Positions 27,432-34,453 of a DNA stretch of 40,000 nucleotides are shown piece after piece. The notes under the pieces are model-generated. The model had not been told where the DNA came from, made no database searches, and saw nothing but the letters and a program-made list of their open reading frames with translations. The translations under genes were made by a program, and so were the position numbers. The stretch comes from Leptolyngbyaceae cyanobacterium (GTDB taxonomy: Bacteria > Cyanobacteriota > Cyanobacteriia > Phormidesmidales > Phormidesmidaceae), in contig CBDHHL010000056.1 in assembly GCA_965263355.1 (NCBI GenBank), positions 882,241 through 922,240 of the forward strand, written 5' to 3'. How positions within the stretch are numbered: the stretch's first letter is position 1; every line of letters starts with the position of its first letter.

Positions 27432-30400
27432 CTAATTGTGCATAGACGGGCGGAGTGGAGATGAAGTAGGTGGAAACGATTCAGATGTGGGAAATGCGGG
27501 CGATTCTTCGGAACTGTCCTGATATACAGATTGACTTTTCAATACATCTAACTGTTGAGATATAAGCTGGGACATTGTCTGGATTTGCTGATTAATCAAG
27601 CGTTCCAGTGGGGTTTCTAACGCTTGATCTGGTGGGGCTATCCAACCGTTATTGCTTAAGCCAACACTCTCTGTCAGTTGTAGCTCACCAATTGAATTCT
27701 CCTGAGGGAGTTTGGACGTATCCTCTTGAGGGATTGTCTGACCGCTGATGGAGGATGGGGACGAAACTGTAGTTTCTGGAGATTGCTCAGATTGATTTAG
27801 GGCTCCATTTGCTGGTACTGCGTCGACTGATTCTGGCAGGTCAAACCAGTAAGGCTTCCTTTGAAAAGGATATGTGGGCAGAGTAACTTGATTGCGTTGG
27901 GGATAGTCTCGCTCAAAGCTTACCCAATCAATGGTAAATCCCTTCAAGTACAACTCACTCAAACTCGTGAGCATCTGTTGCCAATCGCTATATCCAGGCC
28001 TCAGAGAAGGTAGCCATGTGCCTTTATCTACTGACAGACATTGCCGTCCCATGCCTAACAACGTTGGCTTTGGGCCACATTCAACCAAAACCTCACAGCC
28101 TTCCTGGGATAGCGTTTCCATCCCAGCTGCAAAGTTAACGGGGGCAAGAATGTGACGACACCAATACTCAGGGGTAGCAATTTCGCTGGTAATTGCCTGA
28201 CCAGTCACACAGGAAATTAACTTGGTCTGGGGCAAGCTGTAGGTTACTTGTCGAGCTACAGCTTCAAAATTCGCCAGCATCGGTTGCATTAGAACAGAAT
28301 GAAATGCATGGGACACTTGTAGATATTTAGTTGTAATCCCATCCCCTTCCAGCTGAGTCACAACCGTCTGAACAGCAAAGTCAGAGCCCGCAATAACAGT
28401 ACTGGCCGGACCATTGATGGCGGCCACTGAAACCTGATGAGACACCCCTTGACCATCAATCACTGATTTGGCCTGCTCGACAGAGCATCTCAAGGAGACC
28501 ATCACTCCCCCAGCCGGTAGGGCCTGCATTAATCGAGCCCGCTCCGTGACTAACTTGAGACCATCTTCCAGACTAAACACCCCAGCTACACAAGCGGCCA
28601 CATATTCTCCTAAACTATGCCCCATGACGACCTTGGGTTTAATTCCCCAGGCAATCCAAAGTTGGGCTAGGGCATATTCCAAAGCGAAAAGAGCCGACTG
28701 AACATCAGTTGCCTGATCCAGCCCTTTAACTTCGCTGTCTGATGGTTCAATCTCCGAGTTAGGATACAAAATCTCGATCAGGGGCTGTTTCAGCTCAGAG
28801 CGCAAAATAGCATCACAGTTATCCAGAATCTCTCGAAATAAAGGTTGGGTTTCGTAGAGTTGACGCCCCATATTAACGGAGTGGTCTCCCTGGCCACTAA
28901 AGAGAAAAGCTACTTTAGGGAAGAGCCCTGGTGTTGCAACATTAAACTTTGGCTCTAATTCCAATGCTTCAGAAGTGGTTAAAAGGTCTAGCTGAGCCCC
29001 TAAATCACTCAAATTTGAGGCAATCAGAGCAAATCGATATTTAAATGGAGTACGACCTGTGTTGGCGCTATAACAAATGTCAGCCAGATCACTATCCTGA
29101 CAATGTTCCAGGTGCTGACGATAGCGATTAGCCAATGCTTTCAAGGCAGCTTCACTCTTAGCAGACAGTGTCAGAAGATGTAGAGAGCGCTCAGGCAGAG
29201 CACTGGATTCTGGGGAGGGCGATGTGTTGACTGATTGAGGCGCTTCCTGCACGATAACGTGGGCGTTAGTACCGGTAGCACCAAAGGAATTCACGACGCC
29301 TATGCGACTACCGGACTGCACTTCCCAAGGAACAACCGTATCGGGAACAACAACAGAAACATCCTGCCAATTGAAATGTTCTGTAGGTGTCTTTAGATGA
29401 AGATGAGGGGCAATCTCACGGTGTTGCAACTGCAATATCACCCGCATGACCCCAGCTACCCCTGCGGCTGATTCCACATGGCTAATATTGGTTTTGGCGG
29501 AGCTAATGTAGAGGGGGCTCTCAGGAGAATGACCGGGCCCATACACTTTTGCCAAGGACCGTAATTCGATGGGGTCTCCCAGGGGCGTACCGGTACCATG
29601 GGCCTCGACATAGCTAATGTCCGCTGGGTCAAGCTTAGCCTGCTTTAGGGCTTGACGCATCACGGCCTGTTGTGAAATACCGCTGGGTACAGTCAGACCG
29701 CTACTTGGACCATCTTGATTAACCGCAGAACCACGGATAGTAGCCAGAATACGGTCACCATTGGCTTGGGCATCGGAAAGCCGCTTCAGCACCAAAATTC
29801 CACAGCCTTCACCTCGACCAATGCCATCCGCAACCGCATCAAAGGTTTTACAACGCCCGTCAAAAGACAGCATTTTAGCTTTAGATGTGGCAATCATGCT
29901 ATCGGGCAACAAGATCAGATTCACCCCTCCTGCCAGGGCCATTTCGCATTCCTGTTGTCGCAAGCTCTGGCAGGCCTGATGAATGGCGACCAAAGATGAT
30001 GAACAAGCTGTATCAATGGCCATGGCAGGCCCCGTAAAACCAAAGGTATAGGAAATACGACCAGCGGCGGCATAGGAGGGAGAGCCAGTAACACCATGAA
30101 TTTCAAACTGGGGATTGGCAACACTTGGAGATTGGGTCTGCAGTTCCGCTTGAGCCTGTTTACCAATAAGACCATAGTCATCAAGGGTGATGCCCACAAA
30201 GACACCTGTGGAACTTCCCTGATCGCGCTCTACCGGATAGCCTGCATTTTCTAGTGCCTCCCACGCCACCTCCAGCAACAGACGATGCTGTGGATCAATA
30301 CTGACAGCTTCACGGGGAGAGATGCCAAAAAATTGAGGGTCAAACTGCTCAACCTGCTCTAGAAAACCACCGCTGCGGCTGTACATTTTGCCCGGCACGT

Positions 30401-30662
30401 CGGGATCGGGATCGTAGTATTTATCAATGTCCCATCGAGTCGCAGGAATTTCAGTAACCCCATCTCCCCCTTGGCGCAATAGTTGCCAAAACGATGCCGG
30501 ATTGTCTACACCACCTGGAAAACGGCAACCCATACCAACAATGGCAATGGGCTCACGTTTGGCGTACTGTAGACGCTCAATCTTAGCTTCTAGGGTCTCA
30601 ATTAATAAAAATGAGCGCTGTAGAGGAGAGAGCTGTTCGGCCTGCACAGAATCGTTTGCCAT
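27432..30662 (-). CDS. Type I PKS, KS-AT only (second extension module, carrier domain missing)
   Basis: 1076-aa ORF. ATG 30660-30662 lies 1 nt after the upstream TAG. It has an N-terminal docking helix (LSPLQRSFLLIETLEAKIERLQ), a KS (DTACSSS, EAHGTGT, NISHVE) and an AT (GHSLGE, HAFHS = malonyl type). A ~135-aa low-complexity tail follows, and no ACP motif is present. Confidence 0.95.
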   Translation of the reverse strand: MANDSVQAEQLSPLQRSFLLIETLEAKIERLQYAKREPIAIVGMGCRFPGGVDNPASFWQLLRQGGDGVTEIPATRWDIDKYYDPDPDVPGKMYSRSGGFLEQVEQFDPQFFGISPREAVSIDPQHRLLLEVAWEALENAGYPVERDQGSSTGVFVGITLDDYGLIGKQAQAELQTQSPSVANPQFEIHGVTGSPSYAAAGRISYTFGFTGPAMAIDTACSSSLVAIHQACQSLRQQECEMALAGGVNLILLPDSMIATSKAKMLSFDGRCKTFDAVADGIGRGEGCGILVLKRLSDAQANGDRILATIRGSAVNQDGPSSGLTVPSGISQQAVMRQALKQAKLDPADISYVEAHGTGTPLGDPIELRSLAKVYGPGHSPESPLYISSAKTNISHVESAAGVAGVMRVILQLQHREIAPHLHLKTPTEHFNWQDVSVVVPDTVVPWEVQSGSRIGVVNSFGATGTNAHVIVQEAPQSVNTSPSPESSALPERSLHLLTLSAKSEAALKALANRYRQHLEHCQDSDLADICYSANTGRTPFKYRFALIASNLSDLGAQLDLLTTSEALELEPKFNVATPGLFPKVAFLFSGQGDHSVNMGRQLYETQPLFREILDNCDAILRSELKQPLIEILYPNSEIEPSDSEVKGLDQATDVQSALFALEYALAQLWIAWGIKPKVVMGHSLGEYVAACVAGVFSLEDGLKLVTERARLMQALPAGGVMVSLRCSVEQAKSVIDGQGVSHQVSVAAINGPASTVIAGSDFAVQTVVTQLEGDGITTKYLQVSHAFHSVLMQPMLANFEAVARQVTYSLPQTKLISCVTGQAITSEIATPEYWCRHILAPVNFAAGMETLSQEGCEVLVECGPKPTLLGMGRQCLSVDKGTWLPSLRPGYSDWQQMLTSLSELYLKGFTIDWVSFERDYPQRNQVTLPTYPFQRKPYWFDLPESVDAVPANGALNQSEQSPETTVSSPSSISGQTIPQEDTSKLPQENSIGELQLTESVGLSNNGWIAPPDQALETPLERLINQQIQTMSQLISQQLDVLKSQSVYQDSSEESPAFPTSESFPPTSSPLRPSMHN
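27531..27608 (-). repeat. Helix motif copy 1 (C-terminus of the KS-AT protein): LERLINQQIQTMSQLISQQLDVLKSQ
   Basis: aa 1019-1044. It is 17/26 identical to copy 2. The DNA is 57/80 identical in an ungapped hand alignment at an offset of 840 nt. Confidence 0.8.
28023..28910 (-). other. AT domain 2 (malonyl-type)
   Basis: aa ~585-880: FLFSGQGDH, GHSLGEYVAA, VSHAFHS. Confidence 0.85.
29247..30551 (-). other. KS domain 2
   Basis: aa ~38-472 of the 1076-aa ORF: [40 protein letters not shown]. Confidence 0.9.
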
Positions 30663-30663
30663 G

Positions 30664-33600
30664 CTAATCTCCCTCCAGCGCTTTTGCTAATTTTTTACTA
30701 ATCAAATCATCTAAACTCTCTTCTGATAATGTCCGCAGCTGATCAGAAAGTTCGGGTATTTCAGATGGGGATTCCACATCAACGCTAGAGACATCAAAAT
30801 CGGCATGGGAAAGATCAGGATTATTAGCGGCTCCCCATTCTAAAACGTCGACCATAATATACTTGGCCAAACTTAAAATATTAGGATGTTCAAAAATGAG
30901 CACAGTCGGCAAGGCTATTGCTAAACTGGCTTCTAACTTGTTTTTGAGCGCTACCGCCATAAGGGAATCCATACCCATATCAAAGAATCCGCGATGGGGA
31001 TCGATCAACGATGCGCCTTCCCGGTGACCAAGTGCTTGCGCAACAGTCCGTTGTAAATAAAGCACCACCTGCTCTTGGCGCTCATCCATCTGGGGGATTT
31101 TCTCTAGCTCTTGCCACAATTCATCTTGCTGCCCCAAATTGATTTGATTATCCCCATGGCCGATTTCAGTGAGGAGACGCTTACCGGTAGTACTCTCATA
31201 CAGAGGCTTGAAGATCGACCAGTCCATCTCAGCTACAATCAGGTTGGTTACCGGACCTGATGTTGAGCTATTTTGACGATCCGGCAGAATAAATCCGCCT
31301 GCTACATCAAGTAAATTCTCAGGTGTGGTGAGATGCAAGCCAATTTGAGTTGTATACTTTTCACCTTCAGGCGATGCCAACGCCATGCCGCCACCCGCTA
31401 AGGCCCCCACATTAACCGTCAGACCAGGTAAATCCAGCTGTTGCCGATAAGTAGCAAAGATATCGAGGAAGTAATTGGCAGCGGCATAATGTCCCAACCC
31501 CTGGGAACCAAAGATGGGAGACATGGAAGATGTGCAGAAGAAGAAATTCAGATCCAAATCGAGGGTCAGCTGATGCAGATTCCAGGTGCCCCAAACCTTA
31601 GGACGCAGCATTGCTGTTAAATCAGTCTCTGTAATCTCTGGAATGGTCTTTTGCTGTGTTGCCCCTGCAATGTGAAAAATCCCTTTAATGGGTGGTGCGA
31701 TCGCTTGCACTGTCTCAATGGCTTCTGCCATCGCCGCTGCATCCGCGACATCAGCCTGCAAGACCTGAACATTGACACCGTTCTGTTGTAATGTTTCGAT
31801 CACCTGCAAGGCTCGACCAGAAGGGGCTCGACGACCAGTTAATGCCAGGGACTTAACGCCCTTACTAGCTAGCCACTGGGCACTTCCCAGGCCGAAGTGT
31901 CCCAATCCGCCGGTAATAAGATAGGTCGCATTGGTGCTGAAGGTAATGGCTTCGGGGGGTACCTGCGTTTTTGCACTACGAACCAATCGCACGATGTAGC
32001 GCTGGCCATTGCGGAACACAATCTGAGCGTCAGCGCTAGGGCTGGAGGGTCTGAGGAGCTGATGTTGCAGTTGCTGAACGCTCCCAGAGAGCGGAGCCGT
32101 ACTGTCAAGATCGATGAGTCCACCCCAGAACTGAGGAAATTCAGTGGCAGCAACTCGGCCTAACCCCCACATGGGCGCTTGGGCAATTGAGCGTGGTGTT
32201 ATTTCTGCAGCGGTCTCCCCACCGACCGTTTGCACGTCTTCTGTGATAATCCAAAGCTTAGGAGGAGACGTTGTTGCCAGGTTGGCATTGGGGGTGACTG
32301 TGGTGACCGATTGGACTAGATGTAACAGACTGGTGACGGTCAATGCCTGGTCAGCTTGTAGGCTCGCCAGGGTAGTTTTCTGGCTGGGGGTAACGTCTAA
32401 ACTCCAGAGGTGAATAATCCCCTTGCAAGGGGGTTTATCCGCCGACAACAATTGTTTGAGGAGATTATCCATCGCCCTAGGATCGGTTGGGTCCAGGCTG
32501 TGAATAGAGGAACGCTCTAGCCCAATGTCAGCAGGCGTGTCGATGATTTCGGATGTTTCAGCGCCTTGACAATATACCAACTCACAGACATGTCCCTGGT
32601 TCTGAAGCTGGGTAGCAAGGGTGGTGCCAAGGTTTTTGCGATCGCAAAAAATAATCCAACGCCCCGTTGCCTCTTCCTTTACTCTGTCGTCTGTGGCACC
32701 AATATCGTCCAGGGGAGCCAGCTGCCATACCAACTCATACAACCAGTCATGGCCTAACGGTGGGGTTTGGTCAGAGTCGGCCATGGGGCTAGTCCGTTGC
32801 ATCTGTAGCCCCAACACTTCAACCGTCACCTCGCCAGCAGCGTTGAAGATACGCACATCCCCCTGAATCGTATCTTGATTCTCTCCACCGAGCTGTTTTA
32901 AGACAGCATGGCTCCACCCTTCTCTCCCCAAAGGTCCATGCACCTCAAAACTATCAATTCTTGTGGGCAAATAAAGAGAATCTGGCTCCGAGAACCCGTT
33001 ATCAAGCCCATCATTACCGTCTGGGGGACTACTGCCTCCTAGCGGGGTAAACAATGTAGCCCCCAACACCTGATGACAAGCATCCAGCACAGGTGCATAG
33101 ACCTCCAGGGCATTGGTATTTGCCACGATCCCCGCTGGCGTTTTTATCTCAGCCAAAACCTCCTGGTGCCCCAGCCAAAATTGCTGGATGCCCCGGTAGG
33201 TTTCTCCTAGCTGCAGACCGTGCTTTGCCAGGAGCTGATAGAAGTCTGCGCCACTCTGACGAGCTTGACAACGGGCACGTACCTCTTCGAGGCTAGCTTT
33301 GGCAATACTGGAGTTGCCTACCGACGTAGCGCCTTGACTGGCCGACGACCTGACCAGATTGTCATAGGCTCCACTGTCTGCCACTGATACCCGTTGGACA
33401 TCCACCTGACGATACCGTTCTTTTAATTCGTTCAGGTAAGGTAAATGCTCAATCACCGCTTGCTTACTGGGTCCAAAGTCCAGCAAACAGGCAATCTCAT
33501 CAACCCCAATCTGATCGAGATCCCTCACCAGCTCCAAACAACTCTCGGGTGTTCCAATTAGCCCCCTGGAGGTGGCAAAGCGCTCGTACAGGAAATTGAC

Positions 33601-34449
33601 AAATGTATCGAGATCGCGCTCCGACAATGTGGCGAAGTCAATATCTTGTCCTCGACTCTGGGCCAACCCCCGCAGTAAGCCAATATTAGATTTGAGATAG
33701 TCACAGTAGGGCTTACGGGCCTGTTCGCAGACTGTCGCAAATTCCTCACCGACAAAGGTATGTAACATCAGGGAAACAATCCCCGCTTCGGGATCATGAC
33801 CATGTTTGGCCCGTGCCTGCCGATAGAGGGCAATCTTTTCCGCCAGGGGTTCAATACCCTGATCGAGTAAATGGGTCAGTAAATTAGCACCGATTTTCCC
33901 GGCGTTAGCAAAGGTTTGGGGATTACTCGCTGCGGTGATCCAAATGGGCAGTTGGGGCTGAATTGGTGTGGGATAAATGCGCACCGTTGTGGGTTGTCCC
34001 TTGCCATTGGTAACAGCAATGCTCTCCCCTTGCCAGAGTTGATTTAAGGTGATGATGTTTTCAAACAACAGCTGATGCCGCTGTTCATAAACCTCTGGAC
34101 ACCAGGCAAAGTCATCGGGGTTCCAGCCCGAGGCCAGGGAAATACCCACCCGACCATTAGACAAATTGTCCACCATAGCCCAAGCTTCTGCCAGGGCCAG
34201 GGGATGGTGTAATGGCATAACAACGCTGCCTGCCTGCAGCCGAATACGCTCGGTTACCTGGGACAACGCCGCATTTAAGACCGCTGGATTGGGGTATAAA
34301 CTCCCAAACTGGGTAAAGTGACGCTCCGGGGTCCAAATGCTGGAAAAGCCGTGCTCATCACCAAACTTAGCGCTGTCGATTACCAGACCGTATTTCTCGT
34401 CAGCCAGGGCATCTTCAGTGCTGGCAAAAAACATAAGACCAAATTTCAT
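30664..34449 (-). CDS. PKS subunit: luciferase-like monooxygenase - DH second half - KR - ACP
   Basis: 1261-aa ORF. ATG 34447-34449 lies 4 nt after the upstream TAG. It contains an LLM domain (MKFGLMFFAS...LHHPLALAEAW...), DH C-half motifs (HGLQLGETYRG, VLDACHQV, LYLPTRIDSF), a KR (YLITGGLGHFG, GHYAAANYF) and an ACP (FFDMGMDSL). The C-terminus is an acidic docking tail. Confidence 0.93.
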   Translation of the reverse strand: MKFGLMFFASTEDALADEKYGLVIDSAKFGDEHGFSSIWTPERHFTQFGSLYPNPAVLNAALSQVTERIRLQAGSVVMPLHHPLALAEAWAMVDNLSNGRVGISLASGWNPDDFAWCPEVYEQRHQLLFENIITLNQLWQGESIAVTNGKGQPTTVRIYPTPIQPQLPIWITAASNPQTFANAGKIGANLLTHLLDQGIEPLAEKIALYRQARAKHGHDPEAGIVSLMLHTFVGEEFATVCEQARKPYCDYLKSNIGLLRGLAQSRGQDIDFATLSERDLDTFVNFLYERFATSRGLIGTPESCLELVRDLDQIGVDEIACLLDFGPSKQAVIEHLPYLNELKERYRQVDVQRVSVADSGAYDNLVRSSASQGATSVGNSSIAKASLEEVRARCQARQSGADFYQLLAKHGLQLGETYRGIQQFWLGHQEVLAEIKTPAGIVANTNALEVYAPVLDACHQVLGATLFTPLGGSSPPDGNDGLDNGFSEPDSLYLPTRIDSFEVHGPLGREGWSHAVLKQLGGENQDTIQGDVRIFNAAGEVTVEVLGLQMQRTSPMADSDQTPPLGHDWLYELVWQLAPLDDIGATDDRVKEEATGRWIIFCDRKNLGTTLATQLQNQGHVCELVYCQGAETSEIIDTPADIGLERSSIHSLDPTDPRAMDNLLKQLLSADKPPCKGIIHLWSLDVTPSQKTTLASLQADQALTVTSLLHLVQSVTTVTPNANLATTSPPKLWIITEDVQTVGGETAAEITPRSIAQAPMWGLGRVAATEFPQFWGGLIDLDSTAPLSGSVQQLQHQLLRPSSPSADAQIVFRNGQRYIVRLVRSAKTQVPPEAITFSTNATYLITGGLGHFGLGSAQWLASKGVKSLALTGRRAPSGRALQVIETLQQNGVNVQVLQADVADAAAMAEAIETVQAIAPPIKGIFHIAGATQQKTIPEITETDLTAMLRPKVWGTWNLHQLTLDLDLNFFFCTSSMSPIFGSQGLGHYAAANYFLDIFATYRQQLDLPGLTVNVGALAGGGMALASPEGEKYTTQIGLHLTTPENLLDVAGGFILPDRQNSSTSGPVTNLIVAEMDWSIFKPLYESTTGKRLLTEIGHGDNQINLGQQDELWQELEKIPQMDERQEQVVLYLQRTVAQALGHREGASLIDPHRGFFDMGMDSLMAVALKNKLEASLAIALPTVLIFEHPNILSLAKYIMVDVLEWGAANNPDLSHADFDVSSVDVESPSEIPELSDQLRTLSEESLDDLISKKLAKALEGD
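30850..31077 (-). other. ACP domain 1
   Basis: aa ~1125-1200: VVLYLQRTVAQALG...GFFDMGMDSLMAVALKNKLE (Ser1162). Confidence 0.85.
31697..31704. repeat. HIP1 palindrome GCGATCGC
   Basis: Exact 8-mer read at these coordinates. Confidence 0.9.
32639..32646. repeat. HIP1 palindrome GCGATCGC
   Basis: Exact 8-mer read at these coordinates. Confidence 0.9.
32785..33297 (-). other. DH C-terminal hot-dog half
   Basis: aa ~385-555: FYQLLAKHGLQLGETYRGIQQFW (GYxYGPxF-type motif), YAPVLDACHQV (DxxxQ/H motif; the Asp codon 33082-33084 was checked as GAT), LYLPTRIDSFEV. Confidence 0.7.
33415..34449 (-). other. Luciferase-like (FMN-dependent) monooxygenase domain of the PKS/NRPS-embedded type
   Basis: aa 1-~345 of the 1261-aa ORF: MKFGLMFFASTED...FSSIWTPERHF...LYPNPAVLNAAL...MPLHHPLALAEAWAMVDNLSNGRVGISLASGW. 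The N-terminus is the native start of this domain family. Confidence 0.85.
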
Positions 34450-34453
34450 GTCC

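Larger units (their letters stand above)
31390..32667 (-). other. KR domain (structural plus catalytic subdomains)
   Basis: aa ~595-1020: Rossmann motif TYLITGGLGHFG and catalytic region SSMSPIFGSQGLGHYAAANYF. There is no LDD motif, and Phe sits at the A-type Trp position, so stereochemistry is left unassigned. Confidence 0.8.

Noticed and set aside
29475-29489. KS2 reads NISHVE instead of NIGHLE around the second catalytic His.
   Set aside because: The Cys-His-His triad is intact ([16 protein letters not shown]). The Gly to Ser change is conservative and gives no basis for calling a non-elongating KS.
31390-31929. Attempt to assign KR stereochemistry (A-type versus B-type).
   Set aside because: No LDD motif is present, but the diagnostic A-type Trp position (8 residues before the catalytic Tyr) is Phe. 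The call is ambiguous and is left unassigned.
6208-32153. Minus-strand ORFs nested in alternative frames of the large genes (for example 6208-6536, 10021-10248, 21187-21456, 24259-24480, 31869-32153).
   Set aside because: They are fully overlapped by the domain-bearing reading frame. They have no conserved motifs and no independent start context.
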